Below are positions 40,975 to 49,450 of a DNA stretch of 64,000 nucleotides, piece after piece. A program made the translations under genes and the position numbers. Each line of letters begins with the position of its first letter. Positions within the stretch are counted from its first letter, which is position 1. A model generated the notes under the pieces. The model saw only the letters and a list, made by a program, of their open reading frames with translations, was not told the origin of the DNA and made no database searches. Source of the DNA: Candidatus Falkowbacteria bacterium (GTDB lineage Bacteria; Patescibacteriota; Patescibacteriia; UBA11705; JACRDX01); contig JAZDOE010000008.1 in the NCBI GenBank assembly GCA_043798985.1, positions 2,332 through 66,331 on the forward strand, in the 5' to 3' direction.

Positions 40975-41151
40975 ATGTCTAAAACATGTGAAATATGCGG
41001 TCGCAAGGCTTTGGCCGCGCAAAATCGAAGTCACTCTAATGTCGCGACAAAACGCCGCCAATTTTTAAACTTACAGTCAAAGACAATTGATGGCAAAAAA
41101 ACAAAGATTTGCGCCAAGTGCATTAAAACCATGAGCAAGAAAAGGAAATAG
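40975..41151 (+). CDS. rpmB: 50S ribosomal protein L28
   Basis: MSKTCEICGR...NRSHSN.ATKRR..LNLQ...CAKCIK. Confidence 0.95.
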   Translation: MSKTCEICGRKALAAQNRSHSNVATKRRQFLNLQSKTIDGKKTKICAKCIKTMSKKRK

Positions 41152-41545
41152 AATCTCCGATTGATATTTGATTCTTTTCAACAAACCCAGCATTAACTTC
41201 TAAAAGATACTTCGCCACCGCAGTTGATGCGTAGGCAGGACAATTTTCAACCAGACAAGGTTGAAAATTTTGTTTTATATCAACAATTTTCTTATCCTTT
41301 GAAATGAAAATCAAATCCAGCGGAAATTTCATATTCTTCATCCAAAAGCTGGTCGTTCCAACGTTCATAAACAACATTCCGTGTCCATCTTGCAACTTGT
41401 CTCTGAACATTAAACCTTGCTGACGTTCAACGTACGAGTCAGCGCGTTCAACTTTTACTTTAACGTTGCTGTTATCAAAAACAACTTGCTTCGGCGCCAA
41501 AATAAAAAAGCCGAAAATAACAACAAGCAACACCATGCTAAGCAT
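41123..41545 (-). CDS. DUF192 family protein
   Basis: VERAD...RQQGLMFR..L...GMLF, FWMKNM.FPLDLIF, YLLEVNAG. Confidence 0.92.
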   Translation of the reverse strand: MLSMVLLVVIFGFFILAPKQVVFDNSNVKVKVERADSYVERQQGLMFRDKLQDGHGMLFMNVGTTSFWMKNMKFPLDLIFISKDKKIVDIKQNFQPCLVENCPAYASTAVAKYLLEVNAGFVEKNQISIGDSISFSCSWF

Positions 41546-42287
41546 TGTTAATCGCTTCAACATATTGACAATAATCGCAATCTTTCCCGGTAGCCGGAAC
41601 GTCATCGCCATCCAAACATTCTCGCGCGGCCAACAAAGTTTTTTCTATCCAACCATCATTGCCAACATACGGAATCAATTTAACATCAAATTCTAATCTG
41701 CCATCAAATGCCGCGCGGTCTGTTTTTCCATTTACATAAACAAAATAGCCTGTTTTAGAAACCTCAAAACCATTTTGGCGCAACAGCCATTGATAAACTT
41801 CCATTTGCCGTTTATAACCAATCTGCCAATCCGCGTCCAACGAAACCTCGCCGGCCTTGCTCGTGGCCTTGTAATCTACAACAATCAACTCGCCGGCCGG
41901 ATTTACCCAAACATCATCCACGCCACCAGTCACAAAAAAATTAGTAGGCGCGTGCAAAAATTCCACGCCCTTGCGCATGGCGTCGCGCCAGTCATTCATT
42001 TTTTCATGTTGAAATGGGACAGCGTCAATTCCATACGCTTCCATGATCGGATGTTTTGTTTGGCCAGCACGATGAATATCAAATTCTTTTTTCAACAATA
42101 AATCAACCGCGCTGTTCAAAGAAAATGGGAATCCCGGCGGCCGGCCGATTCCAACGCGACGGTCCAAATAAAAACAGCGCGGGCATTCCAAAAATAAATC
42201 AATTTTTGAACGACTCAACCTGAATGGCGCCTCATCGTTTGGGTTGAACAAATATTTTGTTCGGCGCGGATTGTAATATTGCGACAT
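41538..42287 (-). CDS. PD-(D/E)XK nuclease family protein (Cas4/AddB-like, standalone)
   Basis: CPRC, GGVDD...VVDYK, QMEVY, C-terminal CDYC. Confidence 0.85.
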   Translation of the reverse strand: MSQYYNPRRTKYLFNPNDEAPFRLSRSKIDLFLECPRCFYLDRRVGIGRPPGFPFSLNSAVDLLLKKEFDIHRAGQTKHPIMEAYGIDAVPFQHEKMNDWRDAMRKGVEFLHAPTNFFVTGGVDDVWVNPAGELIVVDYKATSKAGEVSLDADWQIGYKRQMEVYQWLLRQNGFEVSKTGYFVYVNGKTDRAAFDGRLEFDVKLIPYVGNDGWIEKTLLAARECLDGDDVPATGKDCDYCQYVEAINNA

Positions 42288-42294
42288 AAATTTT

Positions 42295-43980
42295 TTAACT
42301 TGGCGCGACCGGAGTGACAGTCACGCTTCCAACCGTTGACTCGTATGAACTCCCATCAAGAAACAAAACCTTGCTGTAATATTTCAACGTACCGCCTTGA
42401 TTTGGATTTGTGCCCATCATTATATATATTTGTTTGGAATAAGAACAAGTCGCTGACATACAATTAGCCTGATTCACACCATTTACATATATCCAATGCG
42501 CAAATATCGTTTTCCCGTCTGGATCAACAACCGAATTTATCGTGCCAATCTCGGTAGCGGGAATTGCGTTGACAACCGGAGCGAACGAAGCTGAAATCTT
42601 TGGAGCTGGCGCGGTAATTGTCACGGTTTTTGCCGCACTGCTTTTGTTACGACCGTCTGTAAAGTAAGCTCGAGCGTAAAAAGTAATAGTTTTACCGGCA
42701 TAATCGGTAAAAGGCCCAAAGGAAAAAGCGCAACTGGCATAACAAACTTTTACCACCTGCGTATCAAAATAATAATTTATGTAATCAATCTTCTTGCTTC
42801 CCGGATTGACGGTGACGCTGAAAGTCGCCGAAGCGCTGTAAGCAATGGTGTCGCTGGAAGCTTTAACGGTAATAGTCGGCTCAATAATCGTCGCCGGAGC
42901 AACCGTCAAATATTTAATCGCGGTTGTCTGCCAATTTCCAGCCGCGTCAAAAGCTTCGGCTTTATATAGATACTGTTTATTTTCCAAAATTCCATAAAAC
43001 GGTCCGATTTCTTGCGAACAACTTGTCACGTTAAAACACTCTTTAATCAAAACTGAATCAAACGTCAGCGCGATTTTCGTCACGCCAACATTATCGCTGG
43101 CAACCGATTGAATCACAACGGTTTCGTCAGCTTTAATTGTGTCATTAGCAACACTTACCAAAATACTAGGAGCCTGCTTGTCCGGCGCAACCGGTGCAAC
43201 AGGGATCAAAGCCGCGGAAACGGTAAACGTTCCATTGAGCTGACTAGTTTGCCCGCCAATGGTCTTAACAATAAAAGAATAGGCGTGTCTACCGATATCT
43301 GCTGTGTTCATCGGACCAAGCACCATTTTACAACTGGTGACGCTTTTGCATGTTTTGAAAGTATAACCATCGGCGCTCGCCTGAATTTGATCAATGATAA
43401 CGGTGTCTTTAACGTACACGGTCGCGCTAAAAACTTCTCCTGTTTTAACATTATCTCCGGAAGTGACAACTGAACTGATTTCTAGCGGCGCTTCCTTTGG
43501 TTGCGTAGGCAAAGCAGGGGTGTCAATCGTAGCCAGAGGAACAATCACCGGCACAGTTGTCTGCGCGCCAACAACAACAAATGTTCCAGAATAAACCGCA
43601 GTCGCCCCATTTTTCTTAACAATTTCCACTGAATAATTATGGCTGCCAATATCTTTCTTTACAAAAGCCGCTGTCTGATACAAACACAAACCAAAATCTT
43701 TTTCGCAAGTCTTTACAACCTTGGCATCAATTTTAATAACAACCTTTGAGGTATTGTCCTCATTAACGCCACTAACATTAATCGTAAAAACTTCGCCCAA
43801 TTTTGGATTGGCGTTTGACGTCATTATCAATTTCCTAGGCTCGGGCTTATCCATTCTGCTCAAACTTTGAACAATTATTTCGTTGCCAGCCGGATTATTC
43901 ATCTTTAAAAAATAAAATGCCGCGACCCCTCCTACCGCGACAACAACCAGTAGAATAAAAAATACACTTTTTCTTGTCAT
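42295..43980 (-). CDS. Surface or secreted protein with repeated Ig-like domains
   Basis: N-terminal TM helix; five beta-rich modules each with a Cys pair; ASDNVGV...AFDAAGN motif. Confidence 0.75.
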   Translation of the reverse strand: MTRKSVFFILLVVVAVGGVAAFYFLKMNNPAGNEIIVQSLSRMDKPEPRKLIMTSNANPKLGEVFTINVSGVNEDNTSKVVIKIDAKVVKTCEKDFGLCLYQTAAFVKKDIGSHNYSVEIVKKNGATAVYSGTFVVVGAQTTVPVIVPLATIDTPALPTQPKEAPLEISSVVTSGDNVKTGEVFSATVYVKDTVIIDQIQASADGYTFKTCKSVTSCKMVLGPMNTADIGRHAYSFIVKTIGGQTSQLNGTFTVSAALIPVAPVAPDKQAPSILVSVANDTIKADETVVIQSVASDNVGVTKIALTFDSVLIKECFNVTSCSQEIGPFYGILENKQYLYKAEAFDAAGNWQTTAIKYLTVAPATIIEPTITVKASSDTIAYSASATFSVTVNPGSKKIDYINYYFDTQVVKVCYASCAFSFGPFTDYAGKTITFYARAYFTDGRNKSSAAKTVTITAPAPKISASFAPVVNAIPATEIGTINSVVDPDGKTIFAHWIYVNGVNQANCMSATCSYSKQIYIMMGTNPNQGGTLKYYSKVLFLDGSSYESTVGSVTVTPVAPS

Positions 43981-44087
43981 ACTAAAATTAATTTAATTTA
44001 TATTTACATTATACAACATAACACCGCGCGTCAACAAATTGTTGCAACAAAAAAATCCGGCTCTGAATTTCAGAACCGGACACAATC

Positions 44088-44429
44088 TCACTCGCCCGAT
44101 AGCTTGAAAAATATTTCCACCGGGTAAATTGTCTGCGCTGGCAGTAGCTTCGCGCAAAACATCCCATCCTTGCTGACCGCGCCCACCTTGTCCTCTTGAA
44201 CTTCAACGCGGACAGCAGAAGCATCATCGCGGATGAGCCAGCCAGTCACCTTACCGCGCGGATCAGTCTCGACCTTGTCCAGCCGCGCGGAAAAGGTTCC
44301 CTCCGGACACACCTGAACTGTCAGTGCCTGCTTCTGGTAGTAGCCGAGCACTCGCGGCCCGAAACTGACGAGCGCCGCAACCAAAACCACAATTATAACA
44401 CCAACGCTCCTCTTGATTTTCGCTGCCAT
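44088..44429 (-). CDS. Hypothetical membrane-anchored protein, GC-richer than the host genes
   Basis: AGGAGG Shine-Dalgarno, one TM helix, downstream hairpin at about 44056-44080. Confidence 0.7.
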   Translation of the reverse strand: MAAKIKRSVGVIIVVLVAALVSFGPRVLGYYQKQALTVQVCPEGTFSARLDKVETDPRGKVTGWLIRDDASAVRVEVQEDKVGAVSKDGMFCAKLLPAQTIYPVEIFFKLSGE

Positions 44430-44536
44430 GCCAGCCTCCTTTTTCAATCAGTTTCCTTTATCAAATGCCATATTATAACTCTAATCACAAAATGTCAATA
44501 AAAACAAAAAATGCCCAACAATGAGCATTAACTTAA

Positions 44537-44611
44537 TCGGGCTAGGCAGATTCGAACTGCCGGCCTCACCCACCCCAAGGGTGCGCGCTAACCAAACTGC
44601 GCTATAGCCCG
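44537..44611 (-). tRNA. tRNA-Pro(GGG)
   Basis: CACCC-TTGGGGT-GGGTG anticodon arm; complete cloverleaf. Confidence 0.95.
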
Positions 44612-44619
44612 TTCCTATA

Positions 44620-44691
44620 TCCTCTCGGAAGGAATCGAACCTTCATCGCAGGTTCCGGAAACCTGTGTTCTATCCATTGAACTACGAGAGG
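44620..44691 (-). tRNA. tRNA-Arg(CCG)
   Basis: CAGGT-TTCCGGA-ACCTG; acceptor CCTCTCG/CGAGAGG. Confidence 0.95.
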
Positions 44692-44895
44692 GTAAATTGT
44701 GTTCCCCGCCCAAAGCCCAAATGGCATTGTGGCGGGCCCGCCTGCTTGCCGCCCTTGGCGGCTGGCGGCGGGTATCCATTGAACTACGAGAGGGTAAATT
44801 GTGTTCCCCGCCCAAAGCCCAAAGGGCATTGTGGCGGGCCCGCCTGCTTGCCGCCCTTGGCGGCTGGCGGCGGGTATCCATTGAACTACGGGAGG
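44692..44895 (-). repeat. Two 102-bp tandem units: tRNA-Arg 5' fragment split by a pair of hairpins
   Basis: TATCCATTGAACTACG recurs at 44671, 44773 and 44875; CCCGCC...GGCGGG hairpins at 44705-44772 and 44807-44874. Confidence 0.92.
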
Positions 44896-44902
44896 GGAAA
44901 AA

Positions 44903-44986
44903 TGCCGCGAGTGGGAGTTGAACCCACACACCCTTGCGGGCACACGGCTCTGAACCGTGCGCGTCTGCCGATTCCGCCATCGCGGC
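44903..44986 (-). tRNA. tRNA-Leu(CAG)
   Basis: CACGG-TTCAGAG-CCGTG; long variable arm. Confidence 0.96.
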
Positions 44987-44998
44987 TGATTTTTCCAA

Positions 44999-45069
44999 TG
45001 GACTCACCGGGAATCGAACCCGGGACTCGGCAATGCGAATGCCGCGTGATACCACTTTACTATGAGCCC
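44999..45069 (-). tRNA. tRNA-Ala(CGC)
   Basis: CGGCA-TTCGCAT-TGCCG; G3:U70 pair. Confidence 0.93.
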
Positions 45070-45070
45070 G

Positions 45071-45997
45071 TTAAATTTTATTTTTCCTTCTCGCCGCTTT
45101 GCGAACAGCATATTGAATAATCTCACCGGCAATATCGCGGCCGGTCGCTTTTGTTATTCCCTCCAACCCGGGATTGGAATTTACTTCCAAAACTTTTGGA
45201 CCACTTTTTGTCCGTATTAAATCTACACCTGCAATGTCCAAGCCACAAGCCTCAATCGCCGCGAACGCCACATCTTTTTCTTTGCGCGTCATTGTCGCCA
45301 CGCGGATTCTACCACCAAGATGGAAATTTGATCTAAACTCGCCGCGCTTGCTCGCGATTCTCTCCATTGCCCCGACAATCCGTTTTCCGACAATAAACAC
45401 GCGCACATCTTTACCTTTTGATTCTTTAACATATTCCTGCACCATGATTGGTTCAGCTTCGTTGCTGCGCACAATCATGTCAATAATAGACCGCAACCCT
45501 CGTTTGCTTTCAACAATTGAGACTCCACTGCCATGCGATCCAATCATTGATTTTATAATAACCGGAAATGGGCCAATGTCCGCAATAATATCCTCAATGT
45601 TTTGCGACTGGCTTACCATGTAAGTCTTGGGAATCGGAATATTTTTCTGGCTCAAAATCTGCAATGTTTTCAGTTTGTTTTTCGCGCGCATCACGCCAAT
45701 GCTTTTGTTGACAATCAAAACGCCGACCAATTCAAACTGACGAATCAATGATCCATTAAAATCAACGTTCGCTGTCAAAAAATTAGCTCTGGTTATTAAA
45801 ACATCAACGTCTTTTAACTTTAAATTTTTAACAATCAATCCCGGTGTCCGCGACAATTTAATCTGGCAATCGCTCGCGTAAATTATATTAAAATTATGCC
45901 CGCGTTTTTCCGCCGCTTCACGTAAAAGCGTTAAATCCATGTCCGTGATAGAGCTTGATTTTTGCGGAGTTGAAAAAGTTAAAACAGCGATATTCAT
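45071..45997 (-). CDS. rimK: RimK family ATP-grasp ligase
   Basis: GSHGSGV, QEYVKE.KGKDVR, EFRSNFHLGG, EVNSNPGLEGI. Confidence 0.9.
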   Translation of the reverse strand: MNIAVLTFSTPQKSSSITDMDLTLLREAAEKRGHNFNIIYASDCQIKLSRTPGLIVKNLKLKDVDVLITRANFLTANVDFNGSLIRQFELVGVLIVNKSIGVMRAKNKLKTLQILSQKNIPIPKTYMVSQSQNIEDIIADIGPFPVIIKSMIGSHGSGVSIVESKRGLRSIIDMIVRSNEAEPIMVQEYVKESKGKDVRVFIVGKRIVGAMERIASKRGEFRSNFHLGGRIRVATMTRKEKDVAFAAIEACGLDIAGVDLIRTKSGPKVLEVNSNPGLEGITKATGRDIAGEIIQYAVRKAARRKNKI

Positions 45998-46049
45998 ATT
46001 AAATACTAAACCAATATAGCACGAAAAAACCCTAAATCCAACCCTCCTA

Positions 46050-46078
46050 TTGACTTTTTAATTCAGATGGTATACAAT
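46050..46078 (+). promoter_or_regulatory. Putative sigma70 promoter of the RRM gene
   Basis: TTGACT-17 nt-TACAAT. Confidence 0.6.
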
Positions 46079-46145
46079 GTATCCAGTTTGTAAGTTATCT
46101 CAAAAAGAGAGTGGGTCGTCTTACAAGGTTATTAACACAATTACT

Positions 46146-46424
46146 ATGGCAAAAAAACTATACGTTGGTGGACTTCCATACACTACCAATGAGGAACGTT
46201 TGAAAGAATTTTTCTCACAGGCAGGTACAGTCGCATCAACAGCGGTCATCATGGACAAAATGACAGGCCGATCAAGAGGTTTTGGTTTCGTTGAAATGGC
46301 TACTGACGAAGAAGCGTTGAACGCTGTAAAGATGTTCAATGGCGCTGAAATGGACGGTAGAAAAATCATCGTGAATGAGGCAAGAGAAATGGAAGAAAGA
46401 AAACCAAGAACAAACAATTGGTAA
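46146..46424 (+). CDS. RRM-domain RNA-binding protein
   Basis: RNP2 LYVGGL and RNP1 RGFGFVEM. Confidence 0.96.
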   Translation: MAKKLYVGGLPYTTNEERLKEFFSQAGTVASTAVIMDKMTGRSRGFGFVEMATDEEALNAVKMFNGAEMDGRKIIVNEAREMEERKPRTNNW

Positions 46425-46440
46425 AAATCCAATAAAAAAT

Positions 46441-46472
46441 TTCCCCTGTCGAATGACGGGGGAGTTTTTTTA
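46441..46472 (+). terminator. Rho-independent terminator
   Basis: TTCCCCTGTC-GAAT-GACGGGGGAG followed by a T-tract. Confidence 0.8.
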
Positions 46473-46488
46473 TTTCAAAGGTAGAAAA

Positions 46489-46562
46489 TCGGGGTGACCC
46501 GACTTGAACGGGCGACCTCACGCACCCGAAGCGCGCGCTCTAGCCAACTGAGCTACACCCCG
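46489..46562 (-). tRNA. tRNA-Pro(CGG)
   Basis: CGCGC-TTCGGGT-GCGTG; acceptor CGGGGTG/CACCCCG. Confidence 0.95.
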
Positions 46563-46595
46563 AGTTTCTACCCCACGAAAAAATGAGTACCTTTA

Positions 46596-46669
46596 CCCCG
46601 CCATCGGCGGGGCGAAGCGTGCGCGCTACCAACCCCAACGGGGCCCCTTCGGGGCCGCGCTAATCCCCG
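46596..46669 (-). pseudogene. 5'-half relic of a different tRNA-Pro(CGG) allele with hairpin inserts
   Basis: CGGGGATTAGCGCGG | 22-nt insert | TTGGTAGCGCGCACGCTTCG | CCCCGCCGATGGCGGGG. Confidence 0.82.
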
Positions 46670-46677
46670 AAAAAAAA

Positions 46678-46813
46678 CTCCCCGCTGACGTCGTTCCGGC
46701 TTTGCGCCAAATGGTCGCGAATCCGCGACGCTGGTGGCCGCTCGCTAAGTCCAAAAACCCAACGAATGTAGCCTCCTATGTTGAACGATGACCCAGAATT
46801 TGCCAGCAAGGAG
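46678..46813 (-). ncRNA. Probable 6S RNA (SsrS-like), about 136 nt
   Basis: 12-bp closing stem, central bubble with a 3' hairpin GTCGCG-GATT-CGCGAC, terminal rod; TGGTATAAT directly upstream. Confidence 0.55.
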
Positions 46814-46885
46814 CTATTTTTATTATACCAAACAATCCACAAAAATAAAAAAATGCCCTTGCTAATTTTTAGCAAGAGCTGCTCT

Positions 46886-47596
46886 CTATTTCTCCGGCAC
46901 CTTTTCTCCATACACACCATTAACCGGGTGCATAGAATCAAAGCGCATCAACAGCATGCCATGCGTACTGCGCCCAAAGTCAAACCGTTCATTCCCTCCG
47001 CCAACTTTGTCGAAGCAGAGAGCGTTCCCTTGGTCAAAAAACGTCATGCCCCGCGCAAGGGAAAATCCGACCGCAGCATACACCAATGCCCGCGCAGTCG
47101 GAACAATCTCTCTTTCAACACTACCCGCTGGCAGTGTCGTCTTGCCAATCAACCGCCAGCAAGGCGCAGCCGCTTTGGCAGTAAACCCAAAGACAAATGG
47201 CTCTCGCTCAAACACGCTCGCCTGATCCACGTGATGAAACAACGATATGTTTGTTTCAAAAAGCTGCTTGATTGAGATGCCGAGATCAGCGACAAGCACA
47301 TGCGTGTGCTGGTATTTCAACAACTCTTCAAGCGAGTATGGGATCTTTTCCAACGCTGTGAAAACTTCGGGCGACGGCGCAGCTCCAAGAAAAATGATCG
47401 CCTCTTCCAACCCGAAAAAATGGCGCGCCATTGCCTGCCGCGCTGCCCAATGGCTGGCTGGTCTTTGTCGCGTCTCTGTCTTGCGAGTCGCAGGATCAGT
47501 CACCGGAATGTTTCCGTCCATGATGCGTTGCCGCAAAGCAATCTCATCCAGCGCTTCTTTAGCCGAATTAACAAACAACGCGCTCGGCTTTTCCAT
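46886..47596 (-). CDS. Hypothetical protein (CPR family), GC-richer than the host genes
   Basis: ORF with a purine-rich SD; HFFGLEEA...IPYS.EEL...THVLVA motif. Confidence 0.7.
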   Translation of the reverse strand: MEKPSALFVNSAKEALDEIALRQRIMDGNIPVTDPATRKTETRQRPASHWAARQAMARHFFGLEEAIIFLGAAPSPEVFTALEKIPYSLEELLKYQHTHVLVADLGISIKQLFETNISLFHHVDQASVFEREPFVFGFTAKAAAPCWRLIGKTTLPAGSVEREIVPTARALVYAAVGFSLARGMTFFDQGNALCFDKVGGGNERFDFGRSTHGMLLMRFDSMHPVNGVYGEKVPEK

Positions 47597-47671
47597 GACC
47601 ACCCCCCTTGTTTGCAATAGCCAATTCAAAGAACAACGCCCTATCTTAGCATTCAATTTTAAAATCGTCAA

Positions 47672-48265
47672 CTATTCCAAAATTCCGTCCAAGTTGACAT
47701 CGTACAAAATCTGCTCCTGAACCAACCGATAATTTATAACCTCCTCTTTTGTAAACCAATGCGCAATTTCCATATTTGCCTCTTCAACCGAACCAGACGC
47801 GTGAATTAAATTGCGAACAGACCGACCATCTTTGTCTGACAATTGATAAGAATCCAAAACAAAGTCTCCGCGAATCGTGCCAACATCAGACGTTAATGGC
47901 TCTGTGCCGCCGACCAATTTGCGGACGATCTCAACCGCGTGCGCGCCGTTCCATATCATCGCGATAACTGGCCCGCTGGTCATGTAGCTTTTCAAAAAAG
48001 ACAAAGTCCGCGCCGCTGCTTCCAGCGGATTATTTGTCGGCGGCGTCAAACCTTTATCCAAATAACCTTTTATTGTTTTTTCACCATTGCGCTTTCGCCA
48101 AGTTGGATCAAGCGTATAATGTTTTTCAATAAATTCCGGCGATGACACTAACATTTTCATTGCGCAAAGTTTTAATCCCGCGCGTTCAAATCTTTTAATA
48201 ATTTCGCCAATCAATGTTCTCTGCACTGCGTCTGGCTTGATTACCACCAATGTTTTTTCAATCAT
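47672..48265 (-). CDS. ndk: Nucleoside diphosphate kinase
   Basis: EKTLVVIKPDAVQR, YMTSGPV, GTIRGDF, NLIHASGS. Confidence 0.97.
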   Translation of the reverse strand: MIEKTLVVIKPDAVQRTLIGEIIKRFERAGLKLCAMKMLVSSPEFIEKHYTLDPTWRKRNGEKTIKGYLDKGLTPPTNNPLEAAARTLSFLKSYMTSGPVIAMIWNGAHAVEIVRKLVGGTEPLTSDVGTIRGDFVLDSYQLSDKDGRSVRNLIHASGSVEEANMEIAHWFTKEEVINYRLVQEQILYDVNLDGILE

Positions 48266-48281
48266 ACTTTTTAAAAACCCC

Positions 48282-48389
48282 AAACTCGAAACACTAAATC
48301 CGAAACAAGCACGAAATTCGAATTTTCCAATGTTTGAAATATTCTGATTTCGTATTTTAAATTTGTTTAGGATTTCGGATTTCGTATTT
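48282..48389. repeat. Inverted heptamer array forming a long imperfect hairpin
   Basis: AAACTCG/AAACACT/AAATCCG units mirrored by GATTTCG/TATTTT units. Confidence 0.75.
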
Positions 48390-48417
48390 ATTTATTAATC
48401 CAAGTTTAACAAATTTT

Positions 48418-49308
48418 TTAATAACTATCAATCATCACGTTTGCCCCATCGGAGGTTGCGACAACGCTACCATCCAAATCGGTTCTAAAAATTTCAATAC
48501 CCAAGCGCTCCAACCTGCTTACAATTTTCGGATGAGGAAAACCAAAATCATTATTTTTCGCGCAAAAAATTACCGCGTATGTTGGCGCAACAGCTTTCAA
48601 AAATTCCTGCGAACTCGCGGTTTTACTTCCATGATGCCCCAGTTTAATGACATCTGATTGCAGTTGTTGTCCACTGTTCAACAAGGCGGCTTCAACTTTT
48701 TCTCCGGCATCGCCCATAAACAAAAATTTGGTATTTCCAAAAATCAATTGACTGACAATTGAACTGTCATTCAAATCTTCAACTTTTTGTCCGACCAAAT
48801 TTGGCGCCGGCGACAAAATTTTAAATTTCGCCGCACCGGCCAGTTCAATGCCTCTGCCGGCGCCAACTATTATCAATGGAATTTTTTGTTGTTTTATCAA
48901 ATTCAAAAATTCTAAATAAACGCTGGATGTATGCAAAACGCCAGTGTAATAAATTTTATCAACTTTATATCGTTTCAAAACCTCAATAAACCCTGCCACA
49001 TGGTCGGCGTGCGGATGCGTCAAAATCGCCACATCAATTTCATTGTCAAAAAACGGCATTGCCTTGCCCAATTGTTCAATCACTTTCGCGTCAGGACCAG
49101 CGTCAATCAAAATGTCCTGCTTTTCCGGCGTGCGAATATAAATGCTATCGCCTTGTCCAACATCTAAAAAACGCACGCTCAACAAACTGGAATCGGTTTT
49201 CTGCGCCAAACTCGCGCCAAAATCTTTATAATAATCGCTAAAAACAATACCAACCAATATAATGGCCAGCAATGGAAAAAATAATCTTATAATTTTATTC
49301 TTGACCAT
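48418..49308 (-). CDS. ComEC-type metallo-beta-lactamase domain protein
   Basis: FLDVGQGD, THPHADH, FMGD, GHHGS, NDFGFPH, RTD.DG. Confidence 0.93.
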   Translation of the reverse strand: MVKNKIIRLFFPLLAIILVGIVFSDYYKDFGASLAQKTDSSLLSVRFLDVGQGDSIYIRTPEKQDILIDAGPDAKVIEQLGKAMPFFDNEIDVAILTHPHADHVAGFIEVLKRYKVDKIYYTGVLHTSSVYLEFLNLIKQQKIPLIIVGAGRGIELAGAAKFKILSPAPNLVGQKVEDLNDSSIVSQLIFGNTKFLFMGDAGEKVEAALLNSGQQLQSDVIKLGHHGSKTASSQEFLKAVAPTYAVIFCAKNNDFGFPHPKIVSRLERLGIEIFRTDLDGSVVATSDGANVMIDSY

Positions 49309-49406
49309 CGCAAATAAATACGCTATTATATTAATGACCTCTGTTTGTCGCCGTGTTGGCGCCTTGCACGCTGGCATGGCAATCGCTTCCTTCCTGTTTT
49401 GCGTCC

Positions 49407-49436
49407 CCCGTCCTGATGTCGACACATCGGGACGGG
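49407..49436. repeat. CCCG...CGGG-bounded intergenic hairpin
   Basis: CCCGTCCTGATG-TCGACA-CATCGGGACGGG. Confidence 0.7.
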
Positions 49437-49450
49437 CCTTTTTTTATTTT

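Noticed and set aside
41538-42287. cas4 as part of a CRISPR-Cas system
   Set aside because: A standalone PD-(D/E)XK nuclease with no array or other cas genes in the window.
44671-44895. CRISPR array
   Set aside because: The would-be spacers are near-identical, the repeat is a tRNA 5' fragment, and no cas1/cas2 is present.
44602-45120. Repetitive ORFs listed in the ORF track
   Set aside because: They are read-through of tRNA genes and the 102-bp repeat, whose length is a multiple of 3.
49330-49450. c-di-GMP-I riboswitch or SRP RNA between the comEC halves
   Set aside because: GGACGCAAAAC and GGAAGGAAGC are present on the minus strand, but I could not build the required flanking helices; an Infernal search would settle it.
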